Assembly (NCBI GenBank): GCA_963715255.1
Contig: CAVQRN010000005.1
Coordinates: forward strand, 9,880-73,879
Length of the DNA: 64,000 nt
Source of the DNA: an uncultured Actinomycetota bacterium
GTDB taxonomy: Bacteria; Actinomycetota; Acidimicrobiia; Spongiisociales; UBA5794
Reading direction: 5' to 3'
Shown here: positions 27,394 through 36,680 of the stretch, piece by piece
Position numbering within the stretch: the first letter of the stretch is position 1
How the letters are laid out: each line of letters begins with the position of its first letter
Notes under the pieces: generated by a model
Told to the model about the DNA's origin: nothing
The model's database searches: none
What the model saw: only the letters and a program-made list of their open reading frames with translations
Position numbers and translations under genes: made by a program

Positions 27394-29262
27394 TCAGCCG
27401 CCACCGACTGTTGTTGTCGTGGTGTCCCCTGGGATCGTTGTGGTGGTGTCCTCCGGGATCGTTGTGGTGGTCGTGGTCGGTACCGGACAGGACCCGATGC
27501 CCAGGTCGCACGGGTGCTTCTCGATGACGCGGGCCGATCCCCGGTAGTGGTGGGTGTACGGCTCGCGAATGATGCTGCCGTCTGGCATGGTCATGACGCG
27601 GGTCACCGTGACGCTCCAGCCCTGCGAACCCTTCGAGACGACGCGCTCGGTTCCCGGTGTCACCGCCGGGTTCTCTTTGTAGACCACCCGAGGCTCCGTG
27701 TAGTTGGACCGTTCCGATCGTTCCGCCTCACACGTGCGACCGCCGTTGTTCCCGTAGAACTGAACGGTGATCGTCGAATTGCCGTCGTAGGAGTTCCGGA
27801 TGATGATCGGCGCATCTGAATCGTTGCGGAACACGACGTCAGGGCGCGGATAACCCATCGTTGCTTCGCGACCCTCCGGGTAGCGAGAGATGTAGATGCT
27901 GTGCGGCGTGTGTTCGATGTCCTCGTAGCAGCCGAAGAAGATGGCGTTGTAGATGGTCGTGGCATATTGACTGACGCCGCCGCCAACATTCGCCGGATCG
28001 TCGCAACAGGTGACTTCGCCACCGATGATCGCACCATCGCGCTTGTAGCCACCCGCCTCGGTTCGCTGGCCGACGGTCTCATTGACCGAGAATTCCTCGC
28101 CGGGCCAGACGACAGAGCCATCGAGCGTGTCGGCCATGAGGTGGATGTTGTGTACCCGGTTCACACCGGGCGTGTTCGTTGTGAACTCCGAGACGAGACC
28201 AAGCGGGCCGAAGCCCTCAGCATCGGCCGTGGTGAACGCCGGCTCCGCCCCTTCCGCGAAGACGAGTCGTCCGCTCGCGGTACCGGACGTAGCGGCTTTG
28301 AGCAGCTCGACGGCCACGCCTTCCGGATCGAGGATCGTTCCGTTCTTCGAAGGGATGATCGACACCTTCGTGGTCTCGATGTCGACGTCGAAGTCCGCGT
28401 TGATCGGAGGAAGCTCAAAGTCCTCTCGGTGTGGCTCGAGAATCTCTGCGACCCGATCGACGCTGAGGGAGATATCGATCTGTGGGGGCGAACTGTGCAC
28501 GATCTCGACGATCGTGGCGTCGGCGATCTCGGACGGTTTCACGGTGAGGACGAGGTTTCGGTCCTCGTCATGCAGCAGAATCGGTCTCGATGCCATCGCC
28601 CTGAGTGTCGTCACGGCGTCATCGACGTCGGCCTGGGTCATCACGGGAACGGAGTCCATCAAAGGGAGTTCAGTTGTCTCCCGTTGTGGCTGTTCCAGGA
28701 CAGAAGTGATGATGGTGCGCGCAGCCGGCTTGTCGATCTTCTCCCCGATTCGCGGATACTCGAACTCGATGTCGCCGTCCACGATTTGAATCGCCCCTTC
28801 ATACGCCGGACTCTCGATCGCATCCTGCTCCCAGTCGTCCAGGAGGGCGTCGACAGCCTCATCATCGACGGAGATCGCCAGGTTGACGTCGACACGCTCG
28901 GTGAACCCGTTGAGCCAGGGCACGAAGCCGCTGACCAATCCGCCGCTGCGCTGACTCAGAGCCTCGGTCACGGCACCGTCAACGTCGGCTGTGAGACCGA
29001 CGGTCGTCGGGTCGAGTTCGTACGCGGAGCCGCTTACGACAAACGTCGCCTGCTGGGTCTGAAGATTCGTCTCATAGGCTCGAACGACGACGGTGGCGTC
29101 ACGCTTGGAGAGCCCGCCTACGTCGATTCCCGCGACGCTGACGTTCCGTGGTATTTCACCCTGATTGGCCGTTCGGTCGACGAAATAGACCACGAGCGGG
29201 AGCAGGAGGAGTAGTGCCGGTACGGCGATCGAGGCGATGATGCGAATACGGCGGGTGTTCAT
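27394..29262 (-). CDS. VanW family protein with G5-like domain (paralog of 25273..27312, no PASTA)
   Basis: ATG 29262 (MNTRRIRIIASIAVPALLLLLP) lies inside the long shadow ORF 27394..30099. VanW core VNRVHNIHLMADTLDGSVVWPGEEFSVNETVGQRT..GGGVSQYATTIYNAIF. Thr-rich tail TTTTTTIPEDTTTTIPGDTTTTT. Confidence 0.8.
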   Translation of the reverse strand: MNTRRIRIIASIAVPALLLLLPLVVYFVDRTANQGEIPRNVSVAGIDVGGLSKRDATVVVRAYETNLQTQQATFVVSGSAYELDPTTVGLTADVDGAVTEALSQRSGGLVSGFVPWLNGFTERVDVNLAISVDDEAVDALLDDWEQDAIESPAYEGAIQIVDGDIEFEYPRIGEKIDKPAARTIITSVLEQPQRETTELPLMDSVPVMTQADVDDAVTTLRAMASRPILLHDEDRNLVLTVKPSEIADATIVEIVHSSPPQIDISLSVDRVAEILEPHREDFELPPINADFDVDIETTKVSIIPSKNGTILDPEGVAVELLKAATSGTASGRLVFAEGAEPAFTTADAEGFGPLGLVSEFTTNTPGVNRVHNIHLMADTLDGSVVWPGEEFSVNETVGQRTEAGGYKRDGAIIGGEVTCCDDPANVGGGVSQYATTIYNAIFFGCYEDIEHTPHSIYISRYPEGREATMGYPRPDVVFRNDSDAPIIIRNSYDGNSTITVQFYGNNGGRTCEAERSERSNYTEPRVVYKENPAVTPGTERVVSKGSQGWSVTVTRVMTMPDGSIIREPYTHHYRGSARVIEKHPCDLGIGSCPVPTTTTTTIPEDTTTTIPGDTTTTTVGGG

Positions 29263-29379
29263 GAAGTCCTTGCGGGAGGAAGATCGGGAGCGAGTATAGG
29301 AATGCGTTCTGATAACGGTCCCCATCTCGAACAGGCTGCAACCCTTGTCCTGTAAGAGTTTCCTGCATAGAATCGACCG

Positions 29380-30171
29380 GTGATCAGCTTCCCCGACCTC
29401 GCGCCCGGTGGACGCATCTCGGTGTCGGCAACGCTCTACGTGACCTACCGCTCCTGCCCCCAACAGGCGCTCGGGCGACTCCGCGGGGAATACCCGACCG
29501 ACTCGATCGCATCGTTCAAGGGCTCCCTTGCACACCGCGTCTTCGCGCGCCACCTCATGGCCGGACCGATTCCTGAGCGAGATGTGCCCCGGGTCTGCCG
29601 TGAGGAGATCGGGGCTCCGGAAGGGCACCTGAACACGAAGCTCGCCCCTCTCAATCTGGACCGACCGTCGAGACTCGCACCGGTTCTCGCCGAAGTCGGC
29701 GATCTGTATGCGCGGTTCGAACGCTTCCCGACCAGCGGCTTTCGGGCGGCCGAAGTGAGCCTCGAGGTGGACGTCGGGACTGGGGCGATTCTGCGCGGTC
29801 GGGTCGATGCGGTTTTCGACGGTCCATCCGGCGCACCGGTGATCATCGACTGGAAGACGGGCGCCTGGCTCGAAGATTCCGGGCCCCAACTCGAATTCTA
29901 CGCCCTGGTGTGGGCCCTCGAGCGCGGCGAATTGCCGGTCAGGGCCGAAGCGGTATCCGTACAAACCGGGGAGCGGACCGGGATCGAACCGACAGCCGAG
30001 CGATCCAAGGTCGTCGCTCAAGACGTCGCATCGATGATCGAGATGCTCAGAACGGCCTTCCAATCGGGCGACGACATCGAACGGCGAGCGGGACCACACT
30101 GCCGATGGTGTCCGCTTCTCGACGGATGCACGGAGGGAACGACCGCCGTCGCGATCCTCGGCGGCCCGTGA
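29380..30171 (+). CDS. PD-(D/E)XK (Cas4/RecB-like) nuclease family protein
   Basis: GRVDAVFD ... VIIDWKTG core. One upstream Cys (YRSCPQQ) plus a C-terminal [10 protein letters not shown] (C-x2-C-x5-C). Confidence 0.7.
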   Translation: MISFPDLAPGGRISVSATLYVTYRSCPQQALGRLRGEYPTDSIASFKGSLAHRVFARHLMAGPIPERDVPRVCREEIGAPEGHLNTKLAPLNLDRPSRLAPVLAEVGDLYARFERFPTSGFRAAEVSLEVDVGTGAILRGRVDAVFDGPSGAPVIIDWKTGAWLEDSGPQLEFYALVWALERGELPVRAEAVSVQTGERTGIEPTAERSKVVAQDVASMIEMLRTAFQSGDDIERRAGPHCRWCPLLDGCTEGTTAVAILGGP

Positions 30172-30190
30172 TCTATGGTTGACTGCCTCG

Positions 30191-31031
30191 ATGCGGAAAA
30201 CGATCGTTGCACTTCATGCCCATCCCGATGACGAGTCGAGCAAGGGCGCTGCAACTATCGCCCGCTACCACGACTCCGGCATGCGGACTGTCCTCGTCAC
30301 CGCGAACAGGCGGAGAGGCTGGAGAGATCCTGAACCCGGAGGCGGAGACGCCTGACGCGCTCGCCGATCTGGCCGCGGTCCGACGATCCGAGCTTCGTGA
30401 AGCCGCCGGCATCATTGGATACGACGATGTCGTGATGCTCGGATACCGGGACTCCGGAATGCCGGGGAGCGATGCCAACCGCCATCCAGACGCATTCGTC
30501 AACGCGTCGCTCGACAAGGTCCTGGAGCGTCTCGTTGCGATCATTCGTTCCGAGCGACCACACGTCATCCTCGGATACGATGACCACGAGTGGTACCCAC
30601 ACCCCGACCATCTGCGTATCCACGACTTCTCCGAGGCTGTCTTCGAAGCGGCCGCTGATCCGAATCGATTCCCGGATGCCGGCGATCCGTGGGCGGCGGA
30701 TCGCCTCTACGCACCAGTGTTCTCGCTAAGGCGGCTGCGTGTGCTTGGAGAGGCGATGGCGTCGCGTGGGCTGGAATCCCCGTTCTCCCGATGGATCGAG
30801 CACATCGGGCCGGATGCCGTTGATCCTCCCCTCACGGTCATCGACGTCGGACCGTACGTCGAGCGGGCGAGGAGCGCTCTACGGGCGCATCGTACGCAGA
30901 TCGACCCGGACGGCCACTGGTTCCAGATCCCGCTCGACGTGATCCTCTCCGTCTATCCGTACGAGGACTTCGAACTCCTGGCATCGAGAGATGACGCGAA
31001 CCCGGCAGGCACGGATCTGTTCGGCCCGTAG
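30191..31031 (+). CDS. mca: mycothiol-conjugate-amidase-like PIG-L family deacetylase; reading frame broken near 30304-30308
   Basis: ATG 30191 gives [38 protein letters not shown]. The protein continues in ORF 30207..31031 as [14 protein letters not shown]...GYRDSGM...HPDH. A single extra or missing base around GCGAACAGG reconciles the frames. Confidence 0.75.
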
Positions 31032-31153
31032 TCAGACGAATCGCTCACGCCCCAAACTCGGCCCTTGGCCCCGCCCCCTGTCTGCTGTTGGCTGTCTGCT
31101 GTTGACCGTCTCCTGCCCTTCGCCTTCCGAGTCAACCCACTCATCCCCCCGTT

Positions 31154-32488
31154 GTGTTTCAATACGGACCTATGGATCGTCAGCCGGCCACAAGCCTCCA
31201 TGCTCTCCTCTCTGCGCTCGACCCGAGCCTGGCAGGGCCGGCGCTGCACCCCCTCGAGCGTCTCGTTACCCGATCTTGGTCCGGCGATGGGCTGATCACC
31301 GCGATTGTCGGCACGTCAGGTGTCGGGAAGTCAGAGATCGTGAATGCGCTCGCCGGTGCCAGGGTGGTCGCGGTCGGACCGTTGCGTCCGACCACCACCG
31401 AGATAGCAGTCTGGGGCGATGTCGATAGTGGGTACCTGACCGGCGCAAGGATCTCCGATCCGCAACCACCCAACGATTTGGCGCTCGTCGACACACCGCC
31501 CGCGGAGCACTTCCCGGAGACGGTCACCGCCGTACTCGACCTCGTCGACGTCGTGGCGATCGTGGTGTCTCCCGAACGATACGCCGATGCGACCACCGTG
31601 GCGCTGCTGGCCGCCGTCCGGGAGCGTGGGATCCCGATGTGTGTTGTCCTCTCTGTCGGCGCGCGGGACCCGTCCAGCTTCGAGGAACTCGCCGAGGATG
31701 CGAGGGTGAAGTTGGGAACACCCATCAACGTCCTGGTGGGCGAGGACATCGACCCCCTGCGACTCCTCCTCGACGAGATGGTCCACGATCGCGACGGCCT
31801 CATCGAGCAACGGGATCGGGCGGCGGCGGGGTTCTGCGCGATTCAGACGTGTGAGGTCGCGGGAGTTCTCGAGGAGCGTACCGTCGAGTCCCGGATCGTT
31901 GTCGGAAAGGCCGACGAGGCATTCGCTCGGGCGCGGGTCGATCGTCGGCAACTCGAGGCGACGGCAGATGCAGCGTGGGAAGTCGCCGCACCCGCGATTG
32001 CCGACATGACCGCTGATGCGACGGATCGCGCGATCGGTGAACTCGCCGACGACGTCGCCGCAGATGAGTTCTTCTCGTGTGCCGTCGCTCACGCGGCCGC
32101 GTCGCTCCCGTCGATCGATCGGGAACCGATTGATGATTGGTATCGAGAAACCATGGCTCTCTCCCTGGCGGCGATCAAGCGGCGACGACTCCACCCGCTG
32201 CGTTCGAGAGCCGTTCGCGAGGAGATATGGCGGCTTTCGGTCGACTTCGACCGCCGACCGCCCAAGCGAGTGCTCAGGGCGCTCGGCGGTCGCCTGCCCG
32301 ATCTCAGATTCGATCGGAGCACCGCGTTGACCGGCGCCATGCGCGATGCCGGAGCGGTCAGGATCGCCGCCTTCAAGACCGATCTTGACCCGTCAAGCCG
32401 GGTCTCCGCTGAGGACTTGAGAGCTGCTGCAGACGCTCTCGCCACCACCGGATCGCCGCGTTGGGAGGCAGGCGACGATGTATCGTGA
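31154..32488 (+). CDS. P-loop GTPase-like protein with long helical C-terminal region (partner 1)
   Basis: G1 is GTSGVGKSEIVNALAG and G3-like is LVDTPP. No canonical NKxD (VVLSVGARD occupies that position). A ~230-aa Ala/Arg/Asp-rich C-terminal part follows. The start is uncertain (GTG 31154 or ATG 31172). Confidence 0.6.
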   Translation: MFQYGPMDRQPATSLHALLSALDPSLAGPALHPLERLVTRSWSGDGLITAIVGTSGVGKSEIVNALAGARVVAVGPLRPTTTEIAVWGDVDSGYLTGARISDPQPPNDLALVDTPPAEHFPETVTAVLDLVDVVAIVVSPERYADATTVALLAAVRERGIPMCVVLSVGARDPSSFEELAEDARVKLGTPINVLVGEDIDPLRLLLDEMVHDRDGLIEQRDRAAAGFCAIQTCEVAGVLEERTVESRIVVGKADEAFARARVDRRQLEATADAAWEVAAPAIADMTADATDRAIGELADDVAADEFFSCAVAHAAASLPSIDREPIDDWYRETMALSLAAIKRRRLHPLRSRAVREEIWRLSVDFDRRPPKRVLRALGGRLPDLRFDRSTALTGAMRDAGAVRIAAFKTDLDPSSRVSAEDLRAAADALATTGSPRWEAGDDVS

Positions 32489-33488
32489 CTTCACTCCTGC
32501 GCTTGATCTGCTCGATCTCGCGATCGCTTCCTCCGAGGGGCTGGCCTCGGAGGCAGATCGAGAGGCAGCGGCAGGTCTCGCTGCCGTGACCCGCCGTCGA
32601 CGGGATCATCTCAGCGGCGCTATTGTCGTCGCGATCGCGGGAGGGACCGGATCGGGGAAATCAAGTCTGCTCAACGCCATCGCCGGTCGAGAGGTCGCTT
32701 CAACGAGTGCTCTCCGGCCGCACACCGACGAGCCTCTTGCGTGGATCCCGGCAGACGATGCCGCGATCTCCGCGATGGTGGCGACCCTCGGTGTCGACAC
32801 GGTCGTCGAGCACGACGATGAACTGGATCTCGCCGTTATCGATCTCCCCGATCTCGACAGCGTCGATGCCAACCATCGATCGCTCGTGGAGGCGACCCTT
32901 CCGCTTGTTGACGCGGTGATCTGGGTATTCGATCCGGTCAAGTACCACGACCCCTCGATCGATGACGAGTTCCTCGCCACTGTCACCGAGTATGAACCGG
33001 TGTTCATCTTCGCGCTCAACAAGGTCGATCGTCTCGACGAGGCGGAAGCAGAAGCGGTCGAAGCCCACTTGGGCGGCATCCTCAGGATGGACGGTTTCTG
33101 CGATCCCGAAGTGCTCGCCGTTGCTGCTGCGCCGCCCGACGGGAGCCCGGTCGGCATCGACAGACTGATGACCTCGCTCGAACGCACGCTGGTGACGAAG
33201 CGCGCCGATCGGGTGAAGCTGGTCGCCGACATTCTTCGAGCGGGTCGGCGCCTTGCCACCGACGCAAACGTATGGACCGGGACACCCGACGACGCTCACG
33301 ACCAGATTCGTGACACCGCCGGTGAGCCCGGGCAGCTCTCCACCGTGCTCGATCGGCTCGGGATCGATGGACCGCTCAGGGCCGAAATCGTGTCTTCGAA
33401 CGGCGAGATCGATCCGATCGATCTAGGGCTTCATCGGCGCGCCGAACTCGCGGCAACCGTGGCCGCGGCTGGGAGTCGCTTGCGCTGA
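32478..33488 (+). CDS. P-loop GTPase (partner 2)
   Basis: ATG 32478 lies 9 nt after GGGAGG and overlaps the upstream gene by 11 nt. G1 is GGTGSGKSSLLNAIAG, G3 is VIDLPD, G4 is NKVD. Confidence 0.7.
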   Translation: MYRDFTPALDLLDLAIASSEGLASEADREAAAGLAAVTRRRRDHLSGAIVVAIAGGTGSGKSSLLNAIAGREVASTSALRPHTDEPLAWIPADDAAISAMVATLGVDTVVEHDDELDLAVIDLPDLDSVDANHRSLVEATLPLVDAVIWVFDPVKYHDPSIDDEFLATVTEYEPVFIFALNKVDRLDEAEAEAVEAHLGGILRMDGFCDPEVLAVAAAPPDGSPVGIDRLMTSLERTLVTKRADRVKLVADILRAGRRLATDANVWTGTPDDAHDQIRDTAGEPGQLSTVLDRLGIDGPLRAEIVSSNGEIDPIDLGLHRRAELAATVAAAGSRLR

Positions 33489-33518
33489 AATCTCAGACGA
33501 TGACCCCGGAGCCGCATC

Positions 33519-34364
33519 GTGATGCTCGGGACAGCGCCGTGGACCGAGATCTGGCAGACCGTGCTGATCCTCGTTGTGTCGATCACCGTGTGGCTCGTGG
33601 TGCGGGTGCTCATACATCGAGGGAGCAGGCGGACGCAGCGCAACCTCGAGGCGACCGGCGGTCTCGCGGACCGAGCGAAGGCCCAGCGTCTCGAGACGAT
33701 CGCCCGCACCGTCTCAACGGTCGTGTTTCTCGCGATCATGGTCACCGGCATCGTCATGTGTTTGGCCATATGGGGGATACCGATTGCTCCAATCGTTGCC
33801 TCTCTGTCCGTCGTCGGCATCGCGATCGGCTTCGGAGCCCAGGACTTCGTTCGGGATGTCATCTCCGGTCTGTTTGTCCTCCTCGAAGACCAGTACGCCG
33901 TGGGCGACGTGGTCGATCTTGCAGGGGTCTCCGGGACGGTGGTGGAGATTCGTCTGCGGACGACCGTGCTGCGGGGACTCGATGGAAGCGTCTATCACGT
34001 ACCGAACGGAGAGGTTCGCGTCGCAACGAACCTCACCCACGAGTACAGCAGTGTTGTGATCGACATTTCCGTCGCGTACGAAGGGCCGGTGGATCGGGCG
34101 ATCGACGTCATCACCGATGAGGCCGGCGCGTTCGCTTCCGACGCCGATTGGGGTCCCCGCCTTGTGGATCAGCCGGAGGTTCTCGGGGTCGACAAGCTCG
34201 CGGAATCGGGCGTCATCGTGCGGGTGCTCATGACCACGGATCCGGACGAACGGTGGAGGGTCAAGCGCGAATTCCTCCGAAGGATCAAGAACCGCCTTGA
34301 CGACGAAGGCATCGAGATTCCGTATCCGCACTTGACGATCGCGGACCGACCGGACGAGACCTGA
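33519..34364 (+). CDS. mechanosensitive ion channel (MscS) family protein
   Basis: GIAIGFGAQDFVRDVISGLFVLLEDQYAVGDVVDLAGVSGTVVEIRLRTTVLRGLDGSVYHVPNG. Confidence 0.85.
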   Translation: MMLGTAPWTEIWQTVLILVVSITVWLVVRVLIHRGSRRTQRNLEATGGLADRAKAQRLETIARTVSTVVFLAIMVTGIVMCLAIWGIPIAPIVASLSVVGIAIGFGAQDFVRDVISGLFVLLEDQYAVGDVVDLAGVSGTVVEIRLRTTVLRGLDGSVYHVPNGEVRVATNLTHEYSSVVIDISVAYEGPVDRAIDVITDEAGAFASDADWGPRLVDQPEVLGVDKLAESGVIVRVLMTTDPDERWRVKREFLRRIKNRLDDEGIEIPYPHLTIADRPDET

Positions 34365-34387
34365 CCCTGCTTCCCCCGCGATGCGCC

Positions 34388-35311
34388 TCACGCATCCGGG
34401 TCACGCACGGCAAGCATCGCGTCGACCGCCGGCGTGATCTCGATGTGCGACGTCAAGCCCAGGTGCTCCCCATCCGCCTGGAACGGCGTCACCGGATCGG
34501 CGTCGATCGTCAACCTGTCGAAACAGCTGTACACCCGGGCATCGAGACGTTCCGTCAGCGGTCGCTTCAGAATCGCCCTGGCGAAGATCTCCGCCGACCG
34601 GTGCACTTCGAGGTCGCCGGCGACCACCGCAGCGAGGCCGTCAACGGGTTCCCGGGTGATGTGGAGCGGCACACGTCCGAAGTATGTGTAGGGCTGGTGA
34701 ACCTGCGTGAGGGCGGCGACGCCGTCGACACGAACGCCGTCGATATCGACGCGTAGATTCGCGGGCGGCCCCGCCATTGGCCCAGGAGTGTGGAGATCGC
34801 CGACTCCGCGGTAGTGTGCGCCGCCGAACCAGATCTTCGAGTGGGGGCGCCGCTCGGCGTGTTCGACGACGTCGGCGTCGAACCCGACGCCGACCGCGAA
34901 GGTCGCGTACTCGATGGTCGTGCTCCCGCCGATTGACGACTCAATCCGTGCCAGACGGGTGGGGATCGACGGCAAGGTCGCGATCGCTGCGGCGGCGCGC
35001 CTCGGCCGCTTGGGGAGACCGAAGATCCGCGATGTCACATTCGTCGTGCCGGCCGGGATGATCCCGAGAGCGGCCGTCGTGCCCACGATGCCGTTGGCCA
35101 CGTGGTGAACGACGCCGTCGCCTCCCATCGCAACCACGATGGCATAACCCTCCTCCGCTGCTCGTGCCGCATGTTCTCTGGTCGCCTCCGGCCCTTGGGG
35201 CCACTCGGCATCGACGTCGAAGGTCTCGGAGAGTGTCGTGATCACGTCGCGATAGAGCGCACCGGTGAAACCGGAGGCCGAGGGATTGGCGAGGAGCAAC
35301 AATCGGCGCAT
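34388..35311 (-). CDS. diacylglycerol kinase family lipid kinase
   Basis: ATG 35311 (MRRLLLLANPSASG) lies inside a longer ORF. VAMGGDGVVHHVANG and GIIPAGTTN motifs. Confidence 0.8.
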   Translation of the reverse strand: MRRLLLLANPSASGFTGALYRDVITTLSETFDVDAEWPQGPEATREHAARAAEEGYAIVVAMGGDGVVHHVANGIVGTTAALGIIPAGTTNVTSRIFGLPKRPRRAAAAIATLPSIPTRLARIESSIGGSTTIEYATFAVGVGFDADVVEHAERRPHSKIWFGGAHYRGVGDLHTPGPMAGPPANLRVDIDGVRVDGVAALTQVHQPYTYFGRVPLHITREPVDGLAAVVAGDLEVHRSAEIFARAILKRPLTERLDARVYSCFDRLTIDADPVTPFQADGEHLGLTSHIEITPAVDAMLAVRDPDA

Positions 35312-35383
35312 TGCCTCGAAGCGTACGGGTGCCGTGTGGTGAACGCTTCCGGCGGGACGCGATGGAGAGGGTACGCTCGGGTT

Positions 35384-36032
35384 GTGAGGTTCAGGGATCG
35401 TCACGAGGCCGGTGAACGGCTTGCCGACGCACTGGAGGAGAGCGCTGTGCTCCGCCCGGCAGATCGACCGCTCATTCTGGGGGTGCCGCGTGGTGGCGTT
35501 CCCGTTGCTGCGGTCATCTCGGACCGGCTCGGAGCTGAACTCGACGTTCTGGTGGCCCACAAGCTCGGTGCGCCGGGGAACCCGGAGTTTGCGATTGGCG
35601 CAGTGGCGGAAGACGGGACGACGATTCTGGACACCCAACTGATTGAGCGATACGGGATCAGCGGCGACTATGTCGAGCGAGAGACGCGTTCCCAGCGAGC
35701 GGAGGTCGAGCGTCGCGCCAAGCTGCTTCGGAGTGGACGCTCCCCGATTCCAGTCACCGGCCGGATCTGCATCGTGACCGACGACGGCGTAGCTACCGGT
35801 TCGACGCTCGAAGTGTCACTGCGCCTCGTCCTCAACGCCGGTGCGGATCGCGGTCATCGCCGCGATCCCGGTCGGCCCACCAGCCACGATCAATCGACTG
35901 GAGGGAATCGTCGATGCCGTGGTCTGTCCGATGCAGCCGGCAACCTTCTTCGCAGTCGGCGCGTGGTACGAAAACTTCGAACAAGTATCTGACAAGACCG
36001 TGATCGATCTTCTCGGTGCCCGTAGTCCGTAA
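35384..36032 (+). CDS. phosphoribosyltransferase family protein; reading frame broken near 35838-35848
   Basis: GTG 35384 (VRFRDRHEAGERLA). The PRPP loop is ICIVTDDGVATGST. The C-terminus continues in ORF 35841..36032 (RIAVIAAIPVGPPATINRL..FFAVGAWYENFEQVSD). Confidence 0.7.
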
Positions 36033-36086
36033 TCCGCGGCCCGGCTCATAGCTCATGGCTCAACGAACAGGCTTCTCTGGCCGGCA

Positions 36087-36176
36087 GCTCTGCTCTCCTG
36101 CTCTATTGCTCTGCTCGGCTACTCGGCTACTCCGCTACTCGGCTACTCGGCTACTCGGCTGACTCCGCTACTCCGG
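36087..36176. repeat. 8-nt tandem array (CTACTCGG/CTACTCCG, about 8 clean units plus degenerate TGCTCTNN units)
   Basis: CTGCTCGG CTACTCGG CTACTCCG CTACTCGG CTACTCGG CTACTCGG CTGACTCCG CTACTCCG, read directly. The array sits between convergent gene ends, and its last unit contains the stop codon (36168-36170) of the response regulator gene. Confidence 0.9.
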
Positions 36177-36575
36177 CACGACGGCGGTGTTCAACCGCAC
36201 CGCCCCCGCATCCGCCAACAGCGCTTCTACCGAATCCCTGAGTTCATTCGGACGGAACGGTTTGGTCATGAAGGCGTCGGCTCCCCCGGCGGCAGCGCGA
36301 TCGGCCATCTCCGGTTGAGCATGGGCAGTGAGAACGAGGACGCGAATGTCAAGCGTGCTCGGCCCTGACCGGAGTTGGGACAGAACCTCCCACCCGTCGA
36401 GGCCGGGCAGTCCGATGTCGAGGATGATGACGTCGGGCACTGCGGCTCGCGCTGAATCGAGGCCGATCAGACCGTCCTCTGCGAACCGCATCTCCGCATT
36501 GAGCGGACGCAGGCAAACGTCGATCAGTCGGCGCACACTGGCCGAGTCCTCGATGACGAGTACGGAGGGCTGCAT
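36168..36575 (-). CDS. single-domain response regulator (CheY-like receiver), orphan
   Basis: ATG 36575. VLVIEDS ... phospho-acceptor region VIILDIGLPGLDG ... LVLTAH ... FMTKPF. 135 aa, with no output domain and no kinase gene nearby. Confidence 0.8.
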   Translation of the reverse strand: MQPSVLVIEDSASVRRLIDVCLRPLNAEMRFAEDGLIGLDSARAAVPDVIILDIGLPGLDGWEVLSQLRSGPSTLDIRVLVLTAHAQPEMADRAAAGGADAFMTKPFRPNELRDSVEALLADAGAVRLNTAVVPE

Positions 36576-36680
36576 GGCATATTCATCGGCACATTGCCGG
36601 GACACTTGAACGGTCCGTTGACTCTGGTTCTCGAGTGTTGTTGCCGTACCATCGGGCTGACATCGTCGTGAGGAGACACC

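Noticed and set aside
31076-31108. 14-nt direct repeat CTGTCTGCTGTTGG / CTGTCTGCTGTTGA between mca and the first GTPase gene.
   Set aside because: There are only two copies and no palindrome or known operator pattern. It may be related in composition to the degenerate flank of the octamer array, but the evidence is too thin.
36087-36176. CRISPR array interpretation of the short tandem repeats at 36.1 kb and 40.5 kb.
   Set aside because: The units are 8 nt and directly abutting, with no spacers, and no cas genes are present. These are microsatellite-like arrays, not CRISPRs.
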